NCBI GenBank assembly: GCA_964016885.1
Contig: OZ024743.1
Coordinates: 371,442,001 to 371,506,000 of the forward strand
Source of the DNA: Eledone cirrhosa
Taxonomy: Eukaryota
Direction: 5' to 3'
Length of the DNA: 64,000 nt
The position numbers and the translations under genes are program-made. This document shows, piece after piece, positions 1-13,560 of the stretch; positions within the stretch are counted from its first letter, which is position 1; each line of letters opens with the position of its first letter. The notes below the pieces were generated by a model. That model saw nothing but the letters and a program-made list of their open reading frames with translations, did no database searches and was not told the DNA's origin.

Positions 1-1977
1 TGTTTGTCACACACCACATCAATTCTTGTTATAAGATTTTGTGATTCAAATTGATGCCCCCTGTCTATGAATCTAACTGGGTTTTCCAAATATAGAGAAT
101 ATCTCCAATAGATGTTTAATTACTACGTCCGTTGTTATCTCTTTACAGGGAATGGCGAATGGAAAACGTTAGTACTCGTCAACTATAGTCAATATAAATC
201 GAAAACCGTTTGAGATAGCCATGGGACCCACAAAGTCCATTGATAGTCTTTCCCAGGGTCTTGTGGCATGTATTAATCTTCCTTTGGGTGGTTTATAGAA
301 TTGTGGTTTACATTCACGGCATATTTTGCAATTGGCGATAACTTCTCTTATTTCATTAATAGAATATGCCAAGTTCATTGATTTACAATAGTGTAGAAGT
401 TTGGTGACCCCATTTGTGTTCCGTCTTAGTAGAGCAGCAGTGTGATAGGGCGTCTGCGGCTTGGTTTAATGAACCAGGTCTATATGAGAAGGTAAGGTTA
501 AGATCGCTTAACTCTAGTCGCCAGCGGGCTACCTTCTCGTTTTTAATCTTGGAAGTGTGTTTTTTGTTGAACGCAAATGCAACCGATCGTTGGTCTATTA
601 TGATATTACAATGTGGAACAGCGCTGATCATATGCCTCCATTTTCTACAACATTCTATAATTGCGCAAGCTTGCTTTTCGATGATGGAATGTCCTCTTTC
701 TGACTTATTTAGGGTTCTACTAAGAAAAGCAATTGGACGACCATTTTGTGATAGAGTTCCGCTAATGGCAATATTTGATGCGTCGGTTTCGATTGTAAAT
801 AGTGCAATGAAATCGGATGAACACAGTGATGCCTTTATGAGTTCTTTCTTCATCTTATTAATAGTAGATTTTTCTTCGTTTGATAGACCTTGTTTATCAA
901 TGGTGTTTCTTGCCTTTGTAAGAACGACTGAGAGGTTAGAAGAGCCCTTAATCCATTTAGCATAGTATGCAAAAAGACCGATTACCCGGTTCAACTCTTT
1001 TAACGTCTTTGGGAACGGCATGTCAATAAGGGCTGTATACCTTTCAGGGTCCGGTCTTAATTTACCTTTTTCTATGACATGTCCAAGGAAATGTATTCTA
1101 TTTTGATTAAAGCTGCATTTGTCTCGATTCAATTGCATATCTGCATTGTTAGCTGCATTCATGAATTGCTTTAGGTTATGGTTATGTTCTTCGACTGTGT
1201 CTCCTCCTATAATAATGTCGTGAAGGTATGAGTAGGCATTTTATAAGTTGTAATTGTCTATGAAAGTATCTATTATTCGTTGGAAAATTGGAACAGCATT
1301 TGTGCATCCAAACGGAAGACGGGTAAATTCATAGTCGGCCACAGGCCTCGAATGCAGTCAACTTAAAGTCGGAAGATTTGATGGGTATTTGGTGATAAGC
1401 CGCCTTTAGATCTATTTTCGAGAAATACGTGTTTTGAAATTTTGTTGAGTAGGTCTTCGATTATGGCATTAGGGTATGAATCTAATGGTGTGTAACGATT
1501 TATAGTGCCCGAGTAGTCTATGACAAGACGTTTTTTGTTTTCCTGATCAATTACGAAGCACTGCGCTCTCCATGGGCTTCTGCTCCGTTGAATTATTCCA
1601 GCTTTAAGCATTCTGTCGATTTCCATTTTAATGAATTGTTGGTCTTTATTGTATTTTTGAGGAGGTATAGATAATGGTTTTAATTTTGTAGTATCGATAC
1701 CAGGCATTAAATCATATTCTTCACAATTCAGAGTTTGCATTGACGTATATATCGTGACTGGTATCATGTCGCCCGTATATTTTATTGTTAAAGACTTATG
1801 CCTTTTAAGTATATCAAGACCCATAACTACTGGAGCAAAGAGTTTGTCAACCACCATTAGATCGATGTGGTATACTCGACCCTCCCATTCTAATGTTTCA
1901 AACGTACCTCGTATTATGAGTTTACTGTTGTCGGCTAAAATTACACTCTTATTCTTAGTTTTCTTGAATTTACTTTG
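1..1977 (-). pseudogene. pol: Gypsy pol remnant (PR C-terminus, RT, RNase H, integrase)
   Basis: ORFs 1363-1857, 383-1162, 169-378; catalytic YxDD reads YLHD near 1220. Confidence 0.88.
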
Positions 1978-2858
1978 CTATTTTGACAAGAGGTTCATGT
2001 CAATGAAAGACTTGTCTGAGCCTGTGTCAAGTAAACCTGTTTTATGAGAATTGACATAAATTGTTAAAAGGTTTGTATTATGATTCACGGAAGCAAGTTT
2101 ATAACAGGCAGCAAGATTACTGCCATCATAGGCTTCATCGGGGCCCTCGTTATGATTCAAGACTGCTGCGTGTTTTATCTTTAGTACCTTCTTATTTTTA
2201 ACAAAACATACTGTTGCCCAGTGGCCTTTCTTGTGGCAGAAATTGCTAGTTGAATTTTTTGCAGGGCACTCTGATTTTTGGTGATATGAACCACCACACC
2301 AGAAACATTTTGATGAAGAAGCAGCGAATAGGGGTTGTGACGGCGGTTGTATTGTTGTTGAGATATTTTGTGCGTCTTCTATTGCCAGTTCTAATGTGAG
2401 AGCGGTTTGGAATATTTTATCTAGATTTTCGTCAGGTGATTTCAGAAGTCGTTGTTTTATGGTGGCGGATTGAACACCCGACACGAACGCATCACAAATC
2501 TGTCTATGTTGTTCCCCTGTTAGGGGTTTAGTGGGGCATTTCTTTGCGAGGGCTTTTAATTCAGTCATGTAGGCCTCAAATGATTGCCCTTCTTGTTGAC
2601 GATGGTTGCGTAGTTTATGTCGGGTCATTATTCTTTTGAAATTTATTATCAAGAATGGATAACGCCTCATCGAATGATGTTGCTTCATCAATGAGAGTAT
2701 AAGCATTGGCTCCGCAAAGAACCAGAAGGACTGACAGCTTACTTTCGTCAGGAACAGACAAGTTTTCCAAATAGATCGCCAACATTTCTCTTCCAATAGG
2801 CATAATTGGATTCACTAGGATTATCCGGAAGAATTTTCTTGAATATTTTCGGATCCAT
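1978..2858 (-). pseudogene. gag: Gypsy gag and start of protease (frameshifted)
   Basis: ATG at 2858; ORFs 2615-2815 and 1978-2796 carry two zinc knuckles and LDTGS. Confidence 0.8.
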
Positions 2859-3789
2859 GATTGAATACGTTGTAGGGGCTACTGCTGGTCCTTCACAGGA
2901 AAACATGGCCTGGTCTTATGCCTTAGAGAGAAACTTTCCAGGTGTACATCTTTGGTCAGTCATGACTAGAAGGGAGAGGGGGTCATATTGTCCCTGTCCT
3001 GGACAATGTATTATCATTGTTGTTTTGTTGTTTAATCCCTCCCATGTTAATCCCAATCAAGAAGGCTATAATCCAAGATATTCCAGCCATAACTATCCCA
3101 TCATTTGGTATATTTAGAACATCACTGTTCAAAGTAACCTTCCTTTTTCAAGACAGTAGGATATAATTTGAGAGAGATTTGGCTGTTATTACTAACAGGT
3201 TGAGCGATCAGGTAGAGGCTCACTTTTTAGCTTTGATTCTTACAAGACCAATAAAAATGTTTTATAGTTATTCTATTCTGCTTTCTTTGAATTATTTCAA
3301 TCATTCATCTTACTTTTAAAAAACATCAATAGGTCTCAAAGTTAAATATTCTTCTATCTTAAATATAATGATTTGAGAACTGCGGGATTGTATCCTTTTT
3401 ATTTTTTCACAACACGTTATTAAAATAAGTTGGATTACTTTAAATAACTCATGAATGAATATTATGTACGTTATTTACTAAATTTCTTAGTTCTTGATTA
3501 AACATAAATATTCATATATTCTAAACCCATGCTAGCGTGGAAGATAGACGTTAAGCAATGATGATGATAATGTATTGTTTATTTCAAGATTCACTTCTTT
3601 TAAAATTTTCAAATGTTAAAACTTCTGTTAGCACTTGTTACATCATAACACTTCGCCATACACTATATTTTCATCACTATATCACATTGCTTATATATCA
3701 TATATAAACGTTCATATATTTGCATTGTTATATCATAACATTATATTTCTGTTGCTAATATCATTTTCTCCTTTTTCGTTTTAACTACT

Positions 3790-4042
3790 GTAGCATTTGC
3801 ACTGGGACAGTAAGCAGCAAATGACCACAGGAAACAAGCGCTACCAAATTCTGGGAGGGCTCTGTAGAAACAGTAGGCAGCTTCTGCTTCTTAGGTGACC
3901 GAATTAGCACTGGTGGTGGGTGTTCTGAAAGTACAGTAGTCAAAGTAAGAACGGAATAGAAGTTCAGAGAGTTACTACCACTGGTGGCTACAAAAGGTTT
4001 TTCCCTCAGATTGGAAGGTAGATTGTATGATGCATGCATACA
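3790..4042 (+). mobile_element. RTE LINE fragment (same family as 11815-13560)
   Basis: Closely matches 13000-13250 (gcacTgggacagtaagcagcaaatgaccacaggaaacaag...). Confidence 0.8.
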
Positions 4043-4305
4043 AACTTTTCAAGTTGATTCCGTGTTCTTTAAGCTTTATTTCAACAGATTCTGAAAGGCA
4101 CAATTGGCAGTGTCTGCCTCCTAAATAGAGTGGGGATTGACATCTTATGATGGACCATTTCATTCTAAAGTTGATGTTACCATCCTTAAGCCACCATACC
4201 TGCTTGGACAGATTGGTTTGTGATCTTTTATGCTGATGTTGGAAGGAGCAGGCACGGTTGTAGAAACAGGATTTAAAATCTCTATCGGTTGCACCTATGT
4301 ATAAA
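4043..4305 (-). mobile_element. Penelope-like GIY-YIG endonuclease fragment
   Basis: Translates LYIGATDRDFKS..VWWLKD..MKWSII..CQLCLSE, matching the C-termini of the Penelope ORFs at 47786 and 51857. Confidence 0.8.
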
Positions 4306-5169
4306 AGAAATATGTGTACATATACATGTAAACGAAGCTTCTTCGTTTTTTTCTCTGCCTGTGCATAGAGTGCTTGCTGTGAGAGAGTCTGGCAGTGTTA
4401 GGGTATGTCCGTGAGATGTGTGGATTTGTATGTGTGTGTGAATGATTAAATTTTAACGTGTGTATGTATGTTGAAGTTTATAATGTGTATGTGTAAAGTA
4501 TCTAACTGTGATTTGAATGTAAGCATGTATGTATTAACGAGTTTGTGTCATAGGATAAAGGACGTAGTTTAGTGTGTGTTAGAGAGTATATGGGAGACTA
4601 TAGGAAGTTGGGTGGGGCATTAAGGTTAGGGGGAGCGAAAGGTTTGTAAAGAAAATATAAGTTGTTGTTCTCTACGTCAGTGCAAGTCAGGGGGTCCAGC
4701 ACAATGTGCGAGCCCGAAGACACTGAGGTGGTGTGTGGAGTGGCTGGCAAATCGAAAATGTCAGGGGATTGGAGTTTGGTTGCTGACCTGGATGTCCCAA
4801 AGGTGTTCAGCAAATCTGTTGGCCAGATGACGGCCAGTTTGACCAAGGTAGATGGCTCTGCACAGAGTACAATGGATCCCATATATATATATATATATAA
4901 CTTTTGGCCAGTATTGACCCAAGCCATGTCTAACTTAATAACACCGCCTGACAAGATTGTGCCAACCTCCGGTTGTATATATATATATGTAACGAAGGAA
5001 GTGTGGTAAGGAACCAGGTGGACTATAACGCACCAGAGTACTCGATACTTTGGGTAGTAGAGTGGGTAATAGGAAAAGAGTCAGGACTCTTTCCCTATAT
5101 ATATATATATATATATAGGGAAAGAGTCCTGATATATATATATATATAGGGAAATGAACTCTGACGTGA

Positions 5170-6716
5170 ACTTATTTGAGGTCTGCTCTCAACACCTCCG
5201 CCCATGTTTTTTGTGGTCTTCCTCTACTGTGTCTTCCTGCAACTGGCACTTCTTTACCCAGTGGTCATCCTCCATGCGCATCACATGTCCATACCATCGC
5301 AGTCTTCTCTCCTGCACACTACAACTTAACCCTCTTAAACACAGTTTCTCTCTCAACACATCCATGCTCGGTCCTTCACATATATTGACATTGCACATCC
5401 AACGGAGCATGCTTGCTTCATTTCTCTCCAGCCGTCGCATATCCTCTGCAGTTGTTGCCCATGTCTCACTACCATGCAGCATCGCGCACCTCACACAGGC
5501 ATCATATAACTGGCCTTTCGTACGCAGGGAGAAACCCTTCTTCATCAGCAGAGGAAGCAGTTCCCTAAACTTCTTCCAACCTGTCCTTATTCCAGATACT
5601 ATGGCCTCGGAACACCCCCCCCCCCCGCCCACCCTCCCATGCTAATCTGATCACCTAGGTACTGGAAGCTATCAACCATTTCTATAGAACCTACCTGCAT
5701 TTAAAAAATGTGTCTATCACTGCAACTTCTGTCAAATTTCCCTGTACATCTACTGCATACGTATTTCTCCCTACCTGTTAGTTTGCCTGCTATCCCACTA
5801 CATCTCTTGTGTACCCAAGATCTGCATTGTATGCATTTTATGGAATTTATGCCAGTTCCTTTTCTGCATATCGAACATGACCATTTCCCTGACGGAATCA
5901 AAATGTTGTCCTCTTTTCTACTCATCAACACTTTTGTCTTAGCTTGGTTCACTCTCAGTCCTCTTGCTTCCAACTGCTGTTTCCATAGCCAGCATTTATT
6001 CTCTAGCTCCTCTACTGATTCTGCTATAAGAACCAGATCATCAGCATAGAGAAGTTCCCATGGGTAGCCAGTCTTAAACTCCTCTGTTATGGCTTGGAGG
6101 ACTATAATGAACAAGAGCGGGCTGACAACCGAACCCTGCTGTACTCCTTGTATCTGGAATTCCTTACTAAACTCCTACTCTCACTTTACTGACAGCACCT
6201 CTGTACAAAGCTTGCACAGCCATTCCTCACAAGCCATTCCTCAACACCTAGTTTCCTTAGGGACCACCAGATGACAGATCGGGGTACTCTATCAAAGGCC
6301 TTCTCTAGGTCAACAAAAGCTAAGTATAGTGGCTTATTCTTCTCTAAGAACCTCTCTTGTAGTTGTCTCACTAAGAAGAGGGCATCTGTTGTACTTTTCC
6401 TAGGCACAAAACCAAACTGCATCTCATCTAGTTTGACCCTTTCTCTAATTAATTGCATTAATATCCTTTCTGCCACTTTCATAACCTGATCCATCAGTTT
6501 TAGGCCCCTATAATTGCTCCTCTCCAGAGCATCACATTTACCTTTGTAGCAATTTATGAGAATACTGCTGCACCAGTGTTTGGGTATGACACTGCCATAT
6601 ATAGCCTGATTGATGATGCGTGCAACTAGTTTAGTGCCTATGTCCCCTGATGCCTTCAGTATCTCAGCAACTATCCCCGACGGTCCAGCGGCCTTACCAT
6701 TTTTCATTTCCTTAAT
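5170..6716 (-). mobile_element. RTE LINE, PHD-containing family B, truncated; continues at 9448-9500
   Basis: RT motifs AFVDLEKAFDRV and LLYADDLV plus Cys-rich insert; 9448-9500 matches the adjacent sequence of the copy at 30904-30950. Confidence 0.9.
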
Positions 6717-6717
6717 C

Positions 6718-9447
6718 ACCTTTTACTAGAAGACGGGACAAAGTGTCTGTTGTAAACACTAAATCCCTCCCCCGTGAAGAATGCACCTCCCAACATAGCC
6801 TAGTAGTTAGTGACCTCATAGTCAGGAATAGACGTACTTGACGACAGAAGAGGCCTACATTGAGGAGAAAAATATGGAAGTTAAAGGACCCCACAGCCAG
6901 TGACAAATTTAAAAGCTTATTACTTGATGCCTTTAACAATAAGGAAGAGCAATTAGAGACGTGCGATATAGAGAGAGGAACAGTGGCAATTCTTGAAAGT
7001 GAAACTGCTGAAAGCAACGGATGAAATCTGTGGCTGGAGCAGACCTATTGGCAGGAGGAGAGTAACTTGGTGGTGGAGGAGACAACCAAGGCCAAAAAGC
7101 AGGCTTGGAAAGTATGGCAGGATGGGGGAAGTAGAGAGCACTATCAAGTGCTAGGAGACAAGTGTACCTTGCAAAAAGGGTAGCAGAGGATAGAAAGTTC
7201 AAGCATGTTCTACAACGTGAGGACCAAAAACGTGAAGTGTTCAGAATTGCTAGACAATGTGCCAAGGAAAACCGTGATATTGTCGGGGAGAAGTGTGTCT
7301 GTAATGATAATGGTGTACTTGTGCTCACTGATACTGATAAGAAGGTGGCTTGGATGTGTCACTACGAGAGACTATTAAATGAGAATAAATGGGAAAAAGA
7401 TAGTCTGCCCCAAATTGATCCAATAGAAGGACCAGCGGTGCAAGTTAAAGGTAGTATAATAAGTAAGGCAATCAAAGATATGAAGACAGGCAAGGCAGCT
7501 GGGCCTTCGGAGATAGTTGCTGAGATGTTGAAGGCATCTGGTATGGTGGGACACACTACAGTCACCCGTATAGTTAACCAAGTAATACAGAATGGGGCCA
7601 TACCGAAAGACTGGCGTAGCAGCATCATCATTAACTGCTACAAGGGTAAAGGGGATGCTCTAGATAGGGGAAACTATAGAGGCATTAAGTTAGTTGACCA
7701 GGTCATGAAGGTCACAGAAAGAGTTATAGCGCAACAAATCAGAGAGCGAATTGATCTAGATGAAATGCAGTTTGGGTTTGTGTCAGGTAAAAGTACCACA
7801 GATGCTCTTTTCCTTGTACGACAACTACAAGAGAAGTACCTAGCTAAAAGTAAACCCCTCTATTTAGCTTTTGTAGACCTAGAGAAAGCCTTTGACAGAG
7901 TCCCCCGCTCCATTATCTGGTGGGCTCTTAGAAAACTAAGTGTAGATGAATGGCTTGTGAGAGCTATACAAGCTATGTATAATGAAACAGTCAGTAGGTT
8001 AGAATTAACAATGAATATTGTGAAGAATTTAGTATAAAAGTTGGCGTTCATCAAGGCTCTGTCCTTAGCCCCCTCCTATTTATTATTGTCCTTCAGGCTA
8101 TAACAGAGGAGTTCAAGACTGGCTGCCCATGGGAACTCCTATACACAGATGATCTAACGCTCATAGCTGAACCAATGGATGAACTAGAGAAGAAATTCGA
8201 AACATGGAAGCATGGCCTAGAATCAAAAGGTCTTAAAGTTAACTTGTCTAAGACTAAAGTTCTAGTTTGTAGAAAGGAAAATAGGGCACAGGTGCCCTCA
8301 GGGAAATGGCCATGCGCAGTGTGTAGGAAAGGAGTAGGCAGAAACTCCATTTTATGTCCCAAATGCAAAGTATGGGTACATAAAAAATGTAGTGGGATCA
8401 CAGGTAAACTATCTAAGAACGTAGACTTTATATGTGGCCAATGCTCAGGTGCAATAAGTTGCAAGTGTCCAAAGGATACTAGCTCCTTCTATTGCCCAGA
8501 TGGTTCTATAGAAATAGTAGACACTTTCCGTTACCTGGGTGACGAAATCAGCTGTGGTGGAGGGTGTTCTGAAAGTACAGTAGCCAGAATCAGAACGGAT
8601 GGAAAAAGTTCAGAGTTTATACCGCTGTTGGCCACAAAAGGTTTCTCTCTAAAAATGAAAGGCAGATTGTATGATGCCTGTATACGAACAGCAATGCTAC
8701 ATGGCAGTGAGACATGGGCATTACGTGCAGAGGACCTGCATAGACTGGAAAGGAACGAAGCACGCATGCTCCGTTGGATGTGTAATAGTAATATACGTGA
8801 ACGGCAAAGCATAAATGAACTAAGTGAGAAATTAGGAATAAGAGGGATCAGATGCTGTTTACTTGAGAGAAGACTACGTTGGTATGGTCACATGATGCGC
8901 ATGAAAGACGATAGCTGCATAAAAAAGTGCAGGGCAATCAAAATTGATGCTAGTTATGGAGTAGGTAGACCCAGAAAAAACTGATAAATTCCGACCTCAC
9001 ACACTTACATCTCTAAGACAATGTCTCTGGACCGAGATCTTTGGCACTATGCAGTAATACAGAAGACCCGCCATGCCTATGTACAAAGCGAAACCAACAG
9101 TCAGTAGGCACCTCTTAACCAAATATACACCCCAATCCACTCCCCCTACCCTATCCTCCCACTCCCACCAACAGCACGAAAAAATGAGATTGAGATCGTG
9201 TAGGTGTCATGACAAAAAACAGTCCACGCTGTAATGTGGCCGTGTAGGTAACATGGTAAAAAGTTCCCAGTTCCACACTGTAAATGTGGTTGGTGTTAGA
9301 AAGGGCATCCAGCCGTAGAAAACCTGCCAGATAGTCCTATATGAGCGAGAGACGGTTACCCGACCAACCTTGCCTCAAGTGGGACAACTCCCGTCTAACC
9401 CATGCTAGCGTGGAAAATGGACGTTAAACGAAGATGATGATGATGAT
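6718..9447 (+). mobile_element. RTE LINE, PHD-containing family A, 5'-truncated, inserted in a family B copy
   Basis: ORFs 7162-8037 and 8175-8984 (RT, C4HC3 insert, YLG, LRWYGH); ends ...ggacgttaaacgaa(gat)n. Confidence 0.9.
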
Positions 9448-9595
9448 GACCCTATATTCGTCAACCTCAATAGCTGGTCCCTCTGTCGGATCTACTGGGG
9501 ATAATATATATATATATATTTATTTACGTATTAATTAATATATAACTCTACAAAGTAAACTGTCTCAATCTAAATCTATTTTATTTCTCATTCTT

Positions 9596-9631
9596 TCTTC
9601 TGATGAAGGACTAGCATCTGAAACGTTAAGA
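9596..9631 (+). ncRNA. Minimal hammerhead ribozyme motif (stem II partly decayed)
   Basis: TCTT-CTGATGA-AGGACTAGCATCT-GAAA-CG-TT-AAGA; stem I TCTT/AAGA. Confidence 0.55.
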
Positions 9632-10383
9632 TCCTCTTCCTGCTATATCAAGCGCTAACCTGCTAGATCTTATATATGAACAAGATGTATTGAATTGCCG
9701 TATATATATCTACCCAAAGCAACTAATTGAATATATATATCATATAATGATACTGCTTCCAAACTACATGTTACTGCAGCATGATGCAACTTTAAATTAC
9801 TGAATAAAAATTCTCTACTCGGTATATCCATGGCTGTGGCGCCGTCAGCGGTGAATATTTTTCTAACATTTACTCCATCCACACATGTAATGATCTCACA
9901 CTTTGCAGCTTAGCCGTTTACAGTTGTACCACAGTACCATTGTATGTGAAGTTACACAACTTCTCTTACAACCATACCGGGTTATGTGATATACTGTCCA
10001 CTGCTTTTTCACTACCCTCTCGGCTGCTGCGGTGTATGTACATATATATTGACATTCCTATACAATCATACACACACACCCTTACTTTGTTCAGTAGCTA
10101 CATTGTCATACACACACACTCTCAGCAGCCAGCTTGTCATACTTCAAGGCTTCTCCTTCAAAAATACAAACACACCTACACGTGCACACACACACGCACA
10201 CACACCAACACACGCAAGCATGTTCATTGTACATTGGTTATCTCCCTATTTACCATTCACCAGCCATTTTCCAAGATTGCTGACTGAATATGCACGTGTG
10301 TTTCTCCTCAGTTTTTTCTCATTTTCCATGTTCCTTCCTCATACCACTCTTTACTTTCTATTTATCTTTTATTTTTTACTCTA

Positions 10384-10419
10384 TCTTCTGATGAAGGACT
10401 AGTGTCCGAAACGTTACTA
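10384..10419 (+). ncRNA. Minimal hammerhead ribozyme motif (stem I decayed)
   Basis: CTGATGA-A-GGAC-TAGT-GTCC-GAAA-CG-TT; diverged copy of 9596. Confidence 0.55.
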
Positions 10420-10530
10420 TTCTCTGCCTGCTATTTCAAGTGTTAAATTAATATATTTCTTCCATATATTGTACCGTTTGTTTTGTTAGTTTTGTTATTA
10501 TTTTTACACACACACACACACACACATATA

Positions 10531-11412
10531 CAGGGTGCGGACGATATTTGTTCCCAAGATTACTGTCTAGGAAAAAATAACACAGTAGTTTTATTTTTTA
10601 AGATATATTTATCAAACTTGGGGCAGTTTGTCTTCATGACTTGTTCTTTTGATCTCACTCAACAAACCCGCCATTGGCTTTGATGACGGCCTCAAGGCGG
10701 CCTCGGAACCGGCTACAGGTCTTTGTCACTGTCCCCCGACTTCGGCCCCTAAAGGCACTTGTGATCCTGGCCTTCAGATCGTCTTTCATATTGCAGCTAG
10801 ATCTGTTGGTGTCTCGTTCCACTGCGCCCCACACAAAGAAGTCGAGGGGGTTGCAGTCAGGCGAGCTGGGAGGCCAGATGTCAGGTGAAGTGTGGTCGAT
10901 GAAGCCAGGCTTGGGTCTTTCAGCTGGTATGGCAGGGCGCTGAGTCTTGCTGCCACACGTACGGCCTACTTGCAGCTACCTAGTCGATCCAGGGCTTTAC
11001 TACCTTGCTCAGAACGTGGATGTAGCCATCGGTGTTCAGCTTGAGGCCCTCAGGGAAGAAGTGAGGTGGCATGACGTCACCTTGACTGCTGATGACACCT
11101 AAGACCAATGTTGTCGCTGGAAACTTTGTCTGCATGACTCTGGGCACATCTTTGGATGAGACAGCGAGCCACCTGTTGTTCTGGGAGTTGATCTTCTGGT
11201 CTTATTTGTCCTCCCAGCGTGGATTCCAAGAAGAACTCCGTGTCTCTTCCACAAATTTGGAGGTTCAAAATTATTTATAATCAATTATTCTGAAAATAAA
11301 TATTGGAAATATAGTCACTGTTTTTATGAAGACAAGAGTGACAACGGACGTAAAAAAAAATTTGCATAAAATTAGCAGTTGAAAATTGCGAACAAATATC
11401 GTCCGCACCCTG
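10531..11412 (-). mobile_element. Tc1/mariner DNA transposon, DD37D/maT-like, internally deleted
   Basis: TIRs CAGGGTGCGGACGATATTTGTTC at both ends, TA on both sides; minus-strand transposase remnants KFPATTLVLGVISSQGDVMPPHFF and WPPSSPDCNPLDFFVWGAVE. Confidence 0.88.
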
Positions 11413-11417
11413 TATAT

Positions 11418-11600
11418 AATAATTGTTTCTACTTTTGGCACAAGGCCAGCAATTACCCAGTGCATTACTGGTACTTTATTTTATCGACCCCGTAAGGATG
11501 AAAGGCAAAGTCAACCTCGGCGGGATTTGAACTCAGATCGTAAAGGGACGTAACTATGCTGGAAAGCATGGCGTCCGACCCTCTACCGATACTGCCAATA
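11418..11600 (-). mobile_element. tRNA-derived SINE; further copies at 13835-14000(-), 18628-18690(+), 19458-19565(+), 26876-26968(+), 63550-63720(-)
   Basis: Minus strand has A-box TGGCAGTATCGG, B-box GAGTTCAAATCCC and core GCCTTTCATCCTTACGGGGTCGATAAAATAAAGTACCAG; six copies in the window. Confidence 0.82.
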
Positions 11601-11814
11601 TAATAATAACATTAATAAAGATGCTGATGTTACATAAATCATTTATTCATTATAATTATTTCAACGGTTTTCCCATGTAATCAAGATGTAATTCATGCAT
11701 TTGTTGTTGTACGTTCTTCTGCTCGTGCGTCCAGCAGACATATGAGTTCCTGAAAGGCTTTCCCAGCCATCGAGTTTACTGGAGTAAAGTGCTATCCCCG
11801 TGTAGTCGACGGTA

Positions 11815-13560
11815 TAGAGGTGTTTAGGATTGTGAGGCAAAATTGTGATGTCATTGGAGAGAAGTATGTCTGGAATGATAAGGGTAAGCTTGCCCTCACA
11901 AGTGCCGAGAAGAAAGTTTCATGGAAGAGCCATTATGAAAGGTTACTAAACGAGGAGAATGCATGGGAGAAAGAGACTCTACCCCAAGTGGACCCTATAG
12001 AGGGACCAGCAATACAAGTCAGCAGCAGTGTAGTAAGTAAGGCAATTAAAGATATGAAGACTGGGAAGGCAACTGTTCCATTGGGTATAGCTGCCGAGAT
12101 GCTGAAGGCATCTGGGTCCGTAGGTTACACCATAACCACACGTATTGTTAACCAGGTAATACAAGAGGGTGTATTACCAAAGGATTGGTGCAGCAGCATC
12201 ATTGTCAACTGCTACAAGGGTAAAGGAGATGCACTAGATAGAGGAAACTATAGAAGTATAAAGTTGACAGACCAGGTCATGAAAGTAACGGAAAGAGTTA
12301 TAGCACAATTGATTAGGGACTGGGTAAAACTAGATGAGATGCAGTTTGGGTTTGTGCCAGAAAAAAGCACCACTGATGCCCTCTTCCTTGTGAGGCAGTT
12401 ACAGGAAAAGTACCTAGCTAAAAATAAGCTGCTCTACCTGGCATTTGTCGATCTGGAAAAAGCCTTCAACAGAGTCCCCTGTGCTATAATCTGGTGGGCT
12501 CTTAGAAAACTAGGAGTAGATGAATCGCTTGTGTAATCCATACAAGCCACGTATAGGAGAGCAGTCAGCAAAGTTAGGGTTAACAATGAGTATAGCGAGG
12601 AATTTAGTGTACAGATCGGTGTCCACCAGGGCTCTGTTCTTAGCCCTCTCCTGTTCATTATAGTATTGCAGGCAAATAATAGAGGAGTTTAAGACCGGAT
12701 GCCCATGGGAACTTCCCTATGCAGATGATCTCACACTTATAGCCGAATCTATGGTGGAACTAAAGAAGAAATTCCAAACATTGAAGCAGGGACTAGAAAG
12801 AAGGGGTCTCAAAGTCAACCTGACAAAGACTATGGTCCTCGAAGCTAGATGAGAAAACAGAACCCAGATCCCCCTCCAGGGAAATGGCCTTGCTCAGTAT
12901 ATAGGTAGGAATTCCATCATCTTCCCCAAATGCAATCTATGGGTACACAAGAGATGTAGTGGGATCTCAGGAAGCTTAGCTAGGAATGTAGGCTTTACAT
13001 GTAGCAGCTGCACCGGGACAGTAAGCAGCAAATGACCACAGGAAACAAGCACTAGCAAACTTTGGGAGGGCTCTGTAGAAACAGTAGACAGCTTCTGCTA
13101 CCTAGGTGACCAAATTAGCAGCAGAGGTGGGTGTTTTGAAAGTACAGTAACCAGGGTAAGAACAGGATGCTACTAGTTCAGGGAGCCACTGCTAACTGCA
13201 AAAGGCTTTCCCTTCAAAATGAAAGGCAGACTATGATGCGTACATACAAACAACAATGTTACATAGTAGTGAGACCTGGGCGCTGTCTGTGGAAGACTTG
13301 GATAGATTAGAAAAAAACGAAGCCTGCATGCTTCGATAGATGTGTAATAGTAATATACATGAACAGCAAAGCATAAACGAACTGACCGAGAGACAGCATG
13401 TTGGTGTTAGGAAGGGCATGCAGCTGTAGAAATCAAGTCCAAATCAGTTCCTGTATGTACAAGACAAGGTCATCCGATCTAACATCGCCCACAACAGGAC
13501 AACCCGTCTAACCCATGCTAGCATAGAAGAATGGACGTAAAATGGTGTTGATGATGATGA
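11815..13560 (+). mobile_element. RTE LINE (PHD type), 5'-truncated and decayed, with (GAT)n tail
   Basis: ORF 11820-12536 is RT N-terminal half; tail 13395-13560 resembles 9285-9447. Confidence 0.87.

Larger units (their letters stand above)
1..3005 (-). mobile_element. Decayed Ty3/Gypsy LTR retrotransposon (gag-PR-RT-RH-IN), runs off the window start
   Basis: Minus-strand ORF pieces in Gypsy order: gag knuckles (CFWCGGSYHQKSEC, xNFCHKKGHWATVC), protease LLDTGS, RT (SPWRA..KRLVIDY, LPFG), RNase H (IETDAS..IAFLSR..ADALS), integrase (CKIC, PWERLSMDFVGP). Several stops and frameshifts. Confidence 0.93.
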
